A stretch of 64,000 nt of DNA from the NCBI GenBank assembly GCA_963812605.1, contig CAWEWF010000006.1, positions 160,001-224,000 on the forward strand, in the 5' to 3' direction. This stretch comes from an uncultured Verrucomicrobiae bacterium. GTDB lineage: Bacteria; Verrucomicrobiota; Verrucomicrobiia; Palsa-1439. Shown piece by piece: positions 1 through 10,905 of this stretch. Numbering within the stretch: position 1 is the stretch's first letter; every line of letters starts with the position of its first letter. Position numbers and translations under genes: made by a program. Under the pieces are notes generated by a model. The model had not been told where the DNA came from and made no database searches. It saw nothing but the letters and a program-made list of their open reading frames with translations.

Positions 1-250
1 CAATGCCATCGCTTTCCTGCGCAGCCCGACCGGCATGCTTCTGTCCTTCGTCGTGGTGCTGATCTTCGCGATTGTACTCGTCAAAGGGTTCTACGACCCG
101 AACAAGGGTAAGCCCAAGACTGCTGCTGTGCTAACGCCAGCCGAGAAAACAAATCGAACATCCCAGGTACTTCAGACGATCCAACGCGAAATCGTCCCCT
201 TCAAGCCTCGCGGCGCTGCGGCTTCTGCTTCTAAGGCTTCACGCAGGAAC
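1..250 (+). pseudogene. Partial membrane-anchored ORF, possibly a conjugative-transfer gene remnant; boundaries uncertain
   Basis: Frame 2 reads NAIAFLRSPTGMLLSFVVVLIFAIVLVKGFY (one hydrophobic segment), then loses protein-like character; lies inside the integrative element. Confidence 0.25.
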
Positions 251-387
251 AACGTCACGCCTAGGCCCACGACGATGATTCTGTTCCCAAACGGGAACAA
301 CCTCACGCGGCTATTCATGGCTAAATCCCCGCAGCAGCCAGTGTCGTCATGGCGCTGGAAGAATCGACATGTTCGACGTAAACTCAC

Positions 388-3300
388 ATGGCTCTCAAAC
401 GGTCAAAAGGGAAACAGCAAGACCAGCTCGATTTATTCGGCGGCAATGGAAACGGACATGCAGCCCTTGAGCCAATACGGATTAATGGCGGAGAAACACT
501 GGCGGGAGCACCGTCCGCAGATGGTGGCGGAAATGGAGCGGGCGGGCACGCTGCACCAGATGTTGCAGGACGCAGAGGAGAAGACCAAGGACGAAATGGA
601 CGCGATTCGTCGAAAACTCATTCAACAGGGACTGACGCCGCAACAGGCACACGACCAGGCTTGGGAAATGGTGAGGGAGAGGTACATCCTACTTCCACCC
701 GAGAACGATTAGGCCCGCCCCGCAACCAAGCCAACTACCGGATCACCGACCACGACCGCCTTGGCGAAGGGTCACTCAAGCAGAAGTTTCGCGCCAACGT
801 CGCCGCAATTCGGTTGCTCCGACAACTTGAGGCAGAGAAGCGACCGGCGACCAACGACGAAAAGGCGGTTCTCGTGCGGTACGTCGGCTGGGGTGGCTTG
901 CCGCAGGTATTCGATGTCAATTCCCGAGAGTGGTTCAAGGAGCAGGTCGAACTGTCCCAGCTTCTGACTGAGGACGAACACACCTCCGCCCGCGCTTCGA
1001 CACTCAACGCGCACTACACTTCGCTGGCCATCGTTCGCGGGATGTATGCCGCCTTGGCGCGTTTCGGTTTCAAGCATGGGCGCGTCTTGGAGCCGGCGTG
1101 TGGACTGGGCCATTTCGTCGGCCTGATGCCCGAAGAGATGCACGCGCACTCCACTGTCACCGGCATTGAGATCGACCTGCTGACCGCCCGCATCGCGAAG
1201 GTACTTTATCCCGACTCGGACATTCGCCACCAGCCATTCGAGGAAACTCGCCTGGCTGACGGCTTCTACGACGCGGCGATTTCCAACATCCCGTTTGGCG
1301 ACTATCAACCGTTCGACCCGCGTTTCAACGTTTTCAAGTTTCCCATTCACGATTATTTCTTTGCTGCAGCGTTGGAAAAGGTGCGACCGGGCGGGCTGCT
1401 TCTGTTCATCACCTCCAAAGGCACATTGGACAAGAAGGATTCGACGTTGCGCGAATATCTGGCGCAACGGGCCGACCTCCTTGGTGCGGTCCGACTTCCC
1501 AACGATGCCTTTAAGCGCAACGCGAACACCGAAGTCACCACCGACATCGTGATGTTGCGAAAGCTGAACCCTGGCGAAACACCATCCGGTCCTTCGTGGA
1601 ACCAGACCGAGGAGCGTGTCAACGCGAAGGGCGAGACGATCCAGATCAACGAATACTTCGTTCAACACCCGCAGATGATGCTCGGCAAGATGGAACTGTC
1701 GGGCAGCATGTACCGCGACAACGAACCCACGCTGGTCAGCGATGGGCGGGATTTGGCCGAGGCGCTGGCGGAAGCAGTCAGCAGCTTGCCGCAGAATATC
1801 TACCGTGCACAGAAACGGACCGTAGTTCTCCCTTCCCTCGATCAAACGTTTCCCGCCCCCGATTACGTCAAGCCCAGTGCGTTTGTGATGGTTCACGACG
1901 AGGTCGCCGTCCGGATCGGCGACTCCTTGAAAACGTTGCCGGGGTTGCCGGCGGAAACCAAAGTCCGCATCCGACGGCTGATTCGGGTTCGCGATTCGGT
2001 TCGGGAATGTCTCCGCAGCCAACTCGATGGCAGCGAGGAGGCTGCGATTGTTGCGGCCCGAGAGAGACTCAATCAGGCATACGACTCGTTCATCTCGCGT
2101 TTCGGGCCGATTTCGAACCGCTCGAACACACGGGCATTTGATGGCGATCCGGATTTGCCATTGTTGCTATCGCTTGAGAATTACGACGAAGAGACCAAGC
2201 GAGCCAAGAAAACGGCGATCTTCCGCGAACGAACCATTCATCACCAGAAGCCGGTTGAGTCGGTCGAGACTCCGAAGGAAGCGCTCATCGTTTCGCTCAA
2301 CGAAAAAGGCCGCGTTGACCTCGACCACATGAGCGCCTTGCTCGGACGCTCCGAAGACGAATTTTTGCCCGAATTGAAAGGCGCGATTTTCCTCAATCCG
2401 CAGAACGAACGAGTGGGAGACTGAAGACCAATACCTGTCCGGCAACGTCCGCGAAAAGTTGGAGACCGCCGAAGCCGCCGGCATCACCGATGCGCGCTTC
2501 AAGGAAAACGTCGAGGCGCTCAAAGTCAGTCCAGCCGGAGGATTTGTCGGCCACCGAAATTGACGTTCGGCTTGGGCCGTCATGGATTCCGGCAGAGGAC
2601 ATTGAAAAGTTCTGCCAAGAATTGCTCGGCGTGACGGCGTCGACGTCGAGCCACTCCACGCGCATCGGCACATGGATGGTCTCGGCAGACTACTACGCCA
2701 AAGCGCACGGTTGCCAACACCACCGAATGGGGCACGGACCGCGCCGGCGCGCTCGAACTGATTCAGGACGCGCTGAATCTTCGCACGCCGACCATTTACG
2801 ACAAGGAACCGAAGTCGGACAAGCTCGTCGTCAACGCGGCAAGCGACCGAAGGCCGCGCGCGAAAAGCAGCAGAAGATCAAGGACCGGTTCAAGGAATGG
2901 ATTTGGCAGGACGACGAGCGCCGCGAGCGCCTGGTGCCGAAAATACAACGACGAATTCAACAACGTTCGGCTGCGAACATTCAATGGCGACCATCTGACC
3001 TTGCCCGGCGCAAGCCAGGTCGTCACACTGCATCCGCACCAGAAAGCCGGCGTCTGGCGCATCCTGCAAACGCCCAACACACTGCTGGGTCACGTCGTCG
3101 GCGCGGGCAAGACATACACGATGGTTGCGGCCGGCGATGGAATTGAAGCGGCTAGGACTAGCCCGCAAACCGATGTTCGTGGTTCCGAATCACATGCTCG
3201 GCCAGTTCTCGTCCGAACTGCTTATGCTTTATCCGGGCGCAAACATTCTCGTGGCCGGTAAGGAGGATTTCGAGACGAGTAAACGGCGACAGTTGATGAG

Positions 3301-5545
3301 CCGCATCGCCACTGGGAATTGGGACGCAGTCATCGTCACGCATTCCGGCTTCGAGCGAATCCCTTTGTCGGATGAAACCAAGAAGACGTTTTTCCGCGAA
3401 CAACTCCATGATTTGGAGATGGCCATTCGCGAGCAGCGTGCCGGTAAGAACGATCGGCGGATGGTGAAAGACTTGGAACGTGCCAAGAAAAGACTGGAGA
3501 CGAGACTCAAGTTGCTGCTCCGCCGAGGAGAAGAAGGACAACACACTGACGTTTGAGGAACTGGGCGTGGACCGTCTGTTCATTGATGAAGCCCAGTACT
3601 TCAAGAATCTGTTTTACGTCAGCAAGATGACTCGAATCGCGGGCCTGCCGCAGACAGCCTCGGAGCGGGCTTTCGATATGTTTCTCAAGACCCGGTACAT
3701 CCAGCAGGTCAACGGCGGAGGCGGTGTGGTGTTTGCGACCGGCACTCCCATCTCCAACAGCATGGCCGAGATGTTCACCATGCAGCGGTATCTGCAAATG
3801 GCTGCGCTGACGAAGTTGCGGATACATCACTTCGATTCATGGGCCGCGACGTTCGGTGAGCCCGTAACGGCGATGGAATTTGCCCCGGACGGTGCGGGCT
3901 ATCGACTGCATACTCGTTTTGCCCGGTTTGTGAATGTGCCGGAGTTGATGCAGCAGTTCCGGCAGGTCGCCGATATTCAGACGGCGCAGATGTTGAAGCT
4001 TCCAGCCCCAGCGCTGAGACATGGGAAAGCCGTTATTGTCCGCGCACCGGCAACCGCGGAATTGAAGGCTCTCGTTTCCCGACTGGCTGACAGAGCGGAA
4101 AAGCTGCGCAAAGGGCGTGTCGATCCACGCGTGGACAACATGCTCAAGATCACCACTGAGGGCCGGAAGGCCGCGCTGGACCTGCGTTTGGTTAATTCGA
4201 GCGCCCGCGATCAGCCCGAGAGCAAGGCCAACCTCGCCGTCACGAAATCTTTCGCATCTGGCGGGAGACCAAGACTGACCGACTGACGCAGCTTGTCTTC
4301 TGTGATTTGTCCACGCCCAAGGACGCAGGGTTCTCGGTTTACGACGACGTAAAGGCAAAACTGGTCATGGCACGGTGTCCCCACCAACGAAATCGCCTTC
4401 ATTCAAGATTACAACAGCGACGCAGCCAAACTCGCCCTATTCAAAGACGTTCGCGCCGGCAAAATTCGTATCCTGATGGGCAGTACGCAAAAGATGGGCT
4501 CCGGCACGAATGTGCAGGAGCGGCTCATTGCGTTGCACCATTTGGACGCGCCGTGGCGACCGGCTGACGTGGAACAGCGTGAAGGTCGAATTCTGCGGCA
4601 GGGCAACCACAACGCCGAGGTGCAAATCTACCGCTATGTCACCGAGGGTCAGTTTCGATGCCTACATGTGGCAGACGCTCGAAACGAAAGCCAAGTTCAT
4701 CCAACAAGTAATGACTGGCCGCAACGACCTTCGCCACATCGAAGACATCGATGGTGCGGCGCTCACCTACGCCGAGGTCAAGGCTATCGCGTCGGGGAAT
4801 CCACTGGTCATCGAGAAGGCCCACATTGACGCCGAGTTGGGCCGCCTTAGCCGATTGCGCGCCCAACATCATGAGACGCAGTACCGGATTCGCAACACGA
4901 TCCGACGAACGACCGAGGAAATTGAGATTCTCACCAGACGGATTGAGAATCTCCACAAGGACATCGCGGTCAGACAGCCGACACAAAGCGACGCATTTAG
5001 CATCCGCATCGAGGGAGCGCAATACACGGATCGAGGAATTGCCGGTGAGTTGATCAATCGCCGTGCTCAACAACTCCGGGGTTCGGGGAAAGACTACGCG
5101 GTCGGTGAGCTTGCCCGGGTTTGCGGTGGTCCTCCGTGCCAGTGCCCTGGAGCATACTGAGCTTGTCCTCAAGGGCGCCAATCTCTACTCGGCGAGCCTT
5201 TCCGATAGCGCCCATGGCACGACACGTTCGCTGGAGCATGCCATACAGTCCCTCGACCAGAAATCGACTCAAACTGAGAAGGACGTTGCCGAGTGCCGAA
5301 AGCGATTAACGGAATTGGAGGCGAAGGTTGGCGAGCCATTCGAGCATGAAACCAAGCTCAAGAACCTCACTCAGCGCCAGGACGAGATTGTAAAGGCATT
5401 GGACCTTACCCGGAATCAGGCATCCAACAGGCTCGACGCGAACTCGCCCAGTGACAGCGAGGAGTTCCTTTCCGAGAAGGCGGCGAGGTCGGTGCGGCAA
5501 CAGATCCACCACCGTCATGCGGAGCGCACGATTTCACTCGGGTGA
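388..5545 (+). CDS. DarB-like N6-adenine methyltransferase-SNF2 helicase fusion, split by several frameshifts
   Basis: MTase motifs VLEPACGLGHF and SNIPFG; helicase motifs HVVGAGKT, FIDEAQYFKN, ATGTPISN, GSGTNVQ, EQREGRILRQGN in order across ORFs 388-2424, 3001-3261, 3125-3556, 3480-4286, 4476-4829, 4510-5160, 5063-5545. Confidence 0.9.
458..712 (+). CDS. TnpV-like small helical protein nested in an alternative frame of the helicase N-terminus
   Basis: MQPLSQYGLMAEKHWREHRPQMVAEMERAGTLHQML...EMVRERYILLPPEND resembles the TnpV pattern; GGAAACGGA precedes ATG 458. Confidence 0.65.
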   Translation: MQPLSQYGLMAEKHWREHRPQMVAEMERAGTLHQMLQDAEEKTKDEMDAIRRKLIQQGLTPQQAHDQAWEMVRERYILLPPEND

Positions 5546-5628
5546 ATCAACTTCGACGAGATGAAATGAACACCGACTATCGGAATGACATGGACGGGCC
5601 AGCCTTGGAGGACCGGCGGAGGCCAGTG

Positions 5629-6808
5629 CTACACCCCCATGGATGCGGTCTGCTTGTGAACCGATGCCTCGGCAGTGACCGATTTCTTGAAGGTGACTCG
5701 TTGCGCCATATCGGTGGAATGTTGGTCCCGCAAATGACCATAGGTTCGCATGGCCAACGCGCCGCCGTCTTTATGTCCCAACCACCTGGAGACCGTCGGA
5801 ATGTCAACGCCCGATTCGATACATCGCGTGGCAAAGAGGTGACGCAAATCGTGGTGAGTAATCCTCGCCATTCCGACGACTTGGGCCGCCCGGTCCATGG
5901 CCTTCTGGCATTCACGAACGCGCATGACCGGTACATCATCCGGTTCATCGGGCCGCTCCTTGCGAAGGCGTTCCATGAGGCTCAAGCATATCAGGGATCA
6001 TGGGAACTTCCCGCACTTCACCTGCCACCCGGCCCTTCAGCCCGGTTTCCGCATCGCCCCGCACAATAATCTTCTGTCTTTTGAAATCCACATCCGACCA
6101 CCGGATGTTGCCCGCCTCATGAATGCGGAAGCCGCCATAGGCCAGAAAGCGGATCAGGTCGGCACAGTCCCACGAGAAACGCGCATGGGGCCGTTCCACC
6201 TCCTTGAGAAACGCAGGAAACTGATCGGGCTCGGGCAGGTGGAGTGTTTTCGGTCGTTCGGTCACCCGTTTAATGAACCGACCGGGATTGTCATAGCGAG
6301 CGCCCGCTTCTACGCCAATCTCAAAGACACGCCGCAGGAGGGAGATCGTATGATTGAACGCGGACGCGCCCGTGGCCGTGCGGAATTTCGCGGCCCAGTC
6401 CAGGCATTCGGACTTCGTGATCTTGCGCACGTCTTGCTCTTTCAAGCCCGGCCAGGACTTCAGCAGCGCCGTGGTTCGTTCCTCGTAATAGACTTTCGTT
6501 TTCGGTTTGAAATTCGGGTCGGCCCTGAGCCGCTGCTGGTACAGATCCAGACAATCGCCAAAAGTCATCTTTCCGGTGAAGACAACGTCGCGATGTTCAG
6601 CGGCTTGGCGCTCCTGCTTGTCCAAATCGGCCAAGCGAAGCTTCGCGACCGTGATGGAATCAGTTTCCAGCGACCTGACAATAAGCTTGCCTCGGATACG
6701 GATTCTCGCGAAATATGTACGCGATGGAACGTACCGAATCAGGTTGGCGTAGGGAGTCTTCTGCCAGGGACTTTTTTCTTCCTTTGGCTGGCTTTGGCGG
6801 CCTTTCAT
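5629..6808 (-). CDS. Tyrosine recombinase/integrase, one frameshift near 5970
   Basis: Catalytic motifs GGFRIHE (R), HHDLRH (HxxR), WLGH, RTYGH (Y); ORFs 5945-6835 and 5629-5985 join. Confidence 0.92.
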
Positions 6809-6814
6809 TTGAGC

Positions 6815-6843
6815 AGTATATAAAAGCAGTATCAAATGGTCAA
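6815..6843 (-). promoter_or_regulatory. Sigma70-type promoter of the integrase, probably leaderless
   Basis: Minus strand TTGACC-17 nt-TATACT, ending 6 nt before ATG 6808; overlapped by direct repeat AGCAGTAT at 6812 and 6825. Confidence 0.75.
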
Positions 6844-6887
6844 CTAGATTCGATTACTCCATTTGCAAGTGGTTCATTTGCAACTGA

Positions 6888-6966
6888 CGGGACGTAGCTC
6901 AGCTTGGATTAGAGCGCCTGCCTTGGGCGCAGGAGGTCGCAGGTTCAAATCCTGTCGTCCCGACCA
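6888..6966 (+). tRNA. tRNA-Pro (TGG)
   Basis: Acceptor stem CGGGACG/CGTCCCG, anticodon arm CCTGC-CTTGGGC-GCAGG, T-loop TTCAAAT, encoded CCA. Confidence 0.97.
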
Positions 6967-6977
6967 TTTTGCTGGTG

Positions 6978-7054
6978 ACTCAGGTAGGATTAGAGCGTCC
7001 CGAGTCCCAAAACACTCGGGAAGATCGCAGGTTCAAATCCTGTCGTCCCGACCA
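6978..7054 (+). pseudogene. Degenerate tandem tRNA-Pro copy with the anticodon arm replaced by a hairpin
   Basis: 7025-7054 identical to 6937-6966; D-arm-like CTCAG..GGATTAGAGCG retained; TCCCGAGT-cccaaaac-ACTCGGGA in place of the anticodon arm; no 5' acceptor strand. Confidence 0.8.
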
Positions 7055-7127
7055 CTTTCCCCACGCGTTTATGCCCACCATGCCTGGGGAACGCGAAGTC
7101 CTCGCGTTCGCCGATACAGGAAATGGA

Positions 7128-7156
7128 TTGGCCGACGCACGGGATTCACTTATAAT
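7128..7156 (+). promoter_or_regulatory. Sigma70-type promoter of the DUF1080 gene
   Basis: TTGGCC-17 nt-TATAAT, 12 nt before ATG 7169. Confidence 0.6.
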
Positions 7157-7168
7157 CCGCGTTTGCGC

Positions 7169-7822
7169 ATGAAAATGGCCGTTCTGATTCTCGGCGTTCT
7201 TTCGTTATCAGCGCCTTTTTGCGCTCCCGTGTCGTCGGCAACGACGGGCGCGGACGGATTTGCGCCGGTCTTCAATGGGGTGAACCTCGATGGTTGGAAA
7301 ATGCAGGGACACGCTTCCTGGAAAGTCGAGCATGGCGAGATTGTCGGCCAGCCGGATCCGGGCCAAGGTACTGATTGCTGGCTTTTCACAGAAGAGGAAT
7401 GGACCGATTTTACGCTGGAGGTTGAGTTCAAGGTCGCGAAGAAGTGCAACAGCGGAATTGCGATCCGCATGCCCAAAGAGGCGACAGGTGACCCCGATAT
7501 GTACGGTTACGAGGTCCAAATCTCCGATGCACCGGGGAGAAAGCCGACGGGCAGCCTGTTGCATCACGTGGATTCCAAAATCAACAACGTCCATAAACCG
7601 AACGAATGGAATCGTCTATTGGTCACCTGCGAGGGAGAGCACATTGTGGTCTATCTCAACGGGCTGTTGACGGTGGATACGAAGGAACCCGGCTCCAAGC
7701 GGGGAAGAATTGGGATGCAGATTGCCAAAGGGGAGGAATTCGCCAATCAGGAAGCGCATTTTCGAAACATACGGATAAAGAGTCTTGCGCCAAAGGCGCT
7801 GCCTACTTCTGCCACGCCGTAG
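7169..7822 (+). CDS. DUF1080 (3-keto-disaccharide hydrolase-like) secreted protein
   Basis: Signal peptide; FNGVNLDGW, NSGIAIR, GYEVQI, NEWN, GRIGMQ motifs. Confidence 0.85.
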   Translation: MKMAVLILGVLSLSAPFCAPVSSATTGADGFAPVFNGVNLDGWKMQGHASWKVEHGEIVGQPDPGQGTDCWLFTEEEWTDFTLEVEFKVAKKCNSGIAIRMPKEATGDPDMYGYEVQISDAPGRKPTGSLLHHVDSKINNVHKPNEWNRLLVTCEGEHIVVYLNGLLTVDTKEPGSKRGRIGMQIAKGEEFANQEAHFRNIRIKSLAPKALPTSATP

Positions 7823-7907
7823 GGTAGTCACGGTTCCAATCCTTCGCTTGCCCTTCCCTACCGATGGCGAGTACATTGGCAAGAGTCGGACAACGGAGGA
7901 TTCTCTC

Positions 7908-8354
7908 ATGAGTACGGTCAAAGAACTGTTGCGGGAGAAAGGCAGCGAGGTCTGGACCATCGCGCCACGGGCCACTGTTTACGAGGCGCTGGAATTGATG
8001 GCGGCGAAGAACATCGGCGCGCTGGTGGTTGTGGAAAACGGAAATGTCGTGGGGATGTTCACGGAACGCGATTACGCCCGCAAGGTCATCCTCAAGGGCC
8101 GGTCGTCCAAGACCACGACGGTGGGCGAATTGATGATCACGGATGTTCTCTACGTCAGTCCCGAGGACACGATCGAGAATTGCATGGCGCTGATGACCGA
8201 CAAGCGACTGCGCCATTTACCGGTGATGGAAAACGGCCAGTTGGCTGGGCTCATTTCCATCGGCGACATTGTGCGGGTAATTATCTCCGACCGCGAATTT
8301 ACAATTCGCGAACTCGAACATTACATCACGGGCGGGCACAGCTCGCGCGGATAG
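7908..8354 (+). CDS. CBS-domain pair protein
   Basis: NIGALVV, GMFTERDYARKV, RHLPV, ISIGDIV; RBS GGAGGA. Confidence 0.92.
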   Translation: MSTVKELLREKGSEVWTIAPRATVYEALELMAAKNIGALVVVENGNVVGMFTERDYARKVILKGRSSKTTTVGELMITDVLYVSPEDTIENCMALMTDKRLRHLPVMENGQLAGLISIGDIVRVIISDREFTIRELEHYITGGHSSRG

Positions 8355-8364
8355 TGCGACTTCT

Positions 8365-9402
8365 TCAAACCGGCGGCGGGTTGCGTTCGGGGAAGCCGCG
8401 TTGGTGCCAGTACGGATACGCCAGCGTGGTCGCGCTCGCGGCATCCAGCATGGACACTTGCGCCGGGGTAAGGTTCCAGCCGGTGGCCGCGATGTTCTGA
8501 CGCAACTGTTCTTCGTTACGCGCGCCGATGATTACCGTGGCAACCGAAGGTCGTTGCAATAACCAGTTGAGCGCGATTTGCGGAACCGTCTTGCCGGTTT
8601 CTTTCGCAACCGTGTCGAGGGCATCGACAACCTTAAAAAGATATTCATCCGCCACGGGCGGCCCCATGTCGAGCACCTGCTGGCTCTTGAGGCGCGTGGA
8701 CTGCGGGAGCGGCTGGCCCCGGCGTATTTTTCCCGTCAACCTTCCCCATCCCAGCGGACTCCAAACCACCGCGGCCACTTTTTGGTCGAGCGCCAGCGGC
8801 ATCAATTCCCATTCGTAATCGCGCCCGATGAGCGAATAGTACGCTTGATGCGCCACGTACCGCGCGAGGCCGTATTTTTCCGAAACCGCGAGCGATTTCA
8901 TTAAATGCCATCCGGAAAAATTGGAGCAGCCGATGTATCGTATCTTGCCGGCGCGCACCAGGTCATCGAGCGTCGCCAACGCTTCTTCCACCGGGGTCAT
9001 GGCGTCGAACGCATGCAGTTGATAGAGATCGATGTAGTCGGTGCCCAATCGACGCAGACTTCCCTCCACCGCTTCCGTCAAATGGTGACGCGATGAGCCC
9101 ACGTCATTGGGGCCGGGCCCTGTGCGGAAGGTGCCTTTGGTTGAAATCAACACCTGGTCGCGGCGGCCCTTGATCGCCTGTCCCAAAATCTCCTCGGCGA
9201 TACCCTGCGAATAAACATCCGCGGAATCGAACATCGTCAGCCCGGCCTCGAGGCAGATATCGACCAATCGCGTTGCCTCGGCCACGTCGGTGCTGCCCCA
9301 CGCCTTGAAAAACTCATTGCCACCGCCAAACGTACCGGTCCCGAAGGTCAACACCGGGACTTTGAACCCCGAGGCGCCCAATTGTCGAAATTCCATGCTC
9401 AT
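8365..9402 (-). CDS. Aldo/keto reductase
   Basis: FDSADVYSQG, LGTDYIDLYQLH, GKIRYIGCSN motifs. Confidence 0.95.
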   Translation of the reverse strand: MSMEFRQLGASGFKVPVLTFGTGTFGGGNEFFKAWGSTDVAEATRLVDICLEAGLTMFDSADVYSQGIAEEILGQAIKGRRDQVLISTKGTFRTGPGPNDVGSSRHHLTEAVEGSLRRLGTDYIDLYQLHAFDAMTPVEEALATLDDLVRAGKIRYIGCSNFSGWHLMKSLAVSEKYGLARYVAHQAYYSLIGRDYEWELMPLALDQKVAAVVWSPLGWGRLTGKIRRGQPLPQSTRLKSQQVLDMGPPVADEYLFKVVDALDTVAKETGKTVPQIALNWLLQRPSVATVIIGARNEEQLRQNIAATGWNLTPAQVSMLDAASATTLAYPYWHQRGFPERNPPPV

Positions 9403-9417
9403 ACTTTGTTTCCCTTT

Positions 9418-10905
9418 CTAAACTTGGCCAAGGTTTCGTGGTTTGAAAAATTTGTAATTGGGCAGCCGGGTATCATCGGGAACGAAGATTGCCGCGGAAC
9501 GCGCGGGGATGTCCAGCTTCAGGTTACCCGCTTCCATGTTGACCACCTGCGACGGATCGAGCAGGTTTTTCATGGGCAACGCGTGATAAAGATGCGAGTG
9601 CGGCGTGAAGACGATCTGGCGCAACGGCTGCGTGGAATTGTTGATCGCCACCAGCGCGACTTCGTTGATCTTGTCCGTGTGGCGAAGAAAAACCAGGGCG
9701 TCTTCGTCCAGTTTATGTCCCAGCACGGTGAGCCTGCCACGACGCAGCGCCGGGTGTGACTGGCGGATTTCGATGATCCTCTTGTAAAAACCCAGTGTCT
9801 CGTGGTCCCAGCGTTTCTCATCCCAAATCATGGGGCGACGGCAATCCGGATCGTGCCCGCCGTCCATGCCGATTTCCTCGCCGTAGTAGAGGAACGGAAC
9901 GCCTGGCAAGGTGAACTGCGCGACGACCGCGAGCCGCCGTTGGGCGGTATCATGGATCGTCCAGCGCAACCGCGGCGTGTCGTGACTCGAAAGCATGTTC
10001 CAGGATCGAATCGCGCCCGCGTGGCCGTAACCGTCATGGTATTCCCCGGCGCCATGGTTCATTTGCCGCGCGGAAACTTCGCCGGCGAGCCAGCCGAGCA
10101 CCGCGTCGCGGAAATAGTAGTTCATCACGCCGTGGAAAACCTGGTCGTTGTTGCACCAATCCCCCGCGTAGCACATCACTTCGCCCAGCAGCACGGCGTC
10201 CGGGAAACGTTGCCGGATCGTTTTGCGCATCTCATGCACGGTCTGCAAGCCGACATCCACGGCCACGTCGAAACGCCAGCCGTCCACGCCCAGCTCGAGA
10301 TACTTTTGCAGGACGCTGTTCTTGCCGCGAAACAGCCGCTTCTGCAGCGCCTCATTGGCCAGGTTCAACTCGGGCATGTGCCGATGGCCGCGCCAGCATT
10401 CGTATTCGCCGGACTTGAGGAAGGTAAAAAAATCCTTGTACGGTTTCTCGCCGCGCCGCGCCGCCAGGAACCAGGGATGGCTGTCGCTGACGTGATTGAA
10501 CACCGCGTCGAGGATCAGTCGCATCTTTCGCCGCTTCAATTCGCGGATCAACTGCTTCAGCGCCTTCTCACCGCCAAACTGCGGGTCGATGGTGAAAAAG
10601 TCGGTGGTGTCATACTTGTGGTTCGACGGCGCGATGAAGATCGGCGTCAGATACAACGCTGTCACCCCGAGGTCCTGGATGTAGTCGAGTTGTTCGTTGA
10701 TTCCTGCCAAATCGCCGCCGAAAAAATCTTTTCCGCGCGAGGGGTTCTCCGGCATTTCATCCCAGCGCCGGCGCGAATACGCGGGGTCATCGTAAAACGG
10801 CAGCGCCAGCTTCGATTCCGCGGTGTGCGGTTTGCCGACGGCGAACCGGTCGGGAAAAATCTGGTACGTCACCTGGTCGGCCATCCACAGCGGATCGTTC
10901 TTCAT
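9418..10905 (-). CDS. GH13 neopullulanase/cyclomaltodextrinase-like glycosidase
   Basis: YQIFPDRF, SNHKYDT, DAVFNH, DGWRFDVA, SSHDTPR, DPDCRRPM. Confidence 0.93.
   Translation of the reverse strand: MKNDPLWMADQVTYQIFPDRFAVGKPHTAESKLALPFYDDPAYSRRRWDEMPENPSRGKDFFGGDLAGINEQLDYIQDLGVTALYLTPIFIAPSNHKYDTTDFFTIDPQFGGEKALKQLIRELKRRKMRLILDAVFNHVSDSHPWFLAARRGEKPYKDFFTFLKSGEYECWRGHRHMPELNLANEALQKRLFRGKNSVLQKYLELGVDGWRFDVAVDVGLQTVHEMRKTIRQRFPDAVLLGEVMCYAGDWCNNDQVFHGVMNYYFRDAVLGWLAGEVSARQMNHGAGEYHDGYGHAGAIRSWNMLSSHDTPRLRWTIHDTAQRRLAVVAQFTLPGVPFLYYGEEIGMDGGHDPDCRRPMIWDEKRWDHETLGFYKRIIEIRQSHPALRRGRLTVLGHKLDEDALVFLRHTDKINEVALVAINNSTQPLRQIVFTPHSHLYHALPMKNLLDPSQVVNMEAGNLKLDIPARSAAIFVPDDTRLPNYKFFKPRNLGQV

Larger units (their letters stand above)
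1..6887. mobile_element. Right end of an integrative element/genomic island at tRNA-Pro; left boundary outside the window
   Basis: Integrase start 80 bp from a tRNA; DarB-like and TnpV-like cargo typical of ICEs. Confidence 0.75.

Noticed and set aside
282-299. Inverted repeat TGTTCCC-aaac-GGGAACA upstream of the helicase as a LexA box
   Set aside because: Spacing is TGTTC-N8-GAACA rather than the N4 form I recall for Verrucomicrobia, and it occurs once
35-457. The 225-aa ORF 35-712 as one membrane-anchored TnpV fusion
   Set aside because: The middle section is not protein-like and overlaps the likely helicase promoter/start; better read as two pieces sharing a frame
2400-5130. Multiple frameshifts in the DarB-like gene, and in integrase, RelE, transglutaminase, GH63, GH65 and GH87, as programmed frameshifting or pseudogenisation
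   Set aside because: They occur throughout the window in unrelated genes with intact motifs and no shared slippery site; sequencing indel error is the simpler explanation. Reads are needed to decide individual cases.
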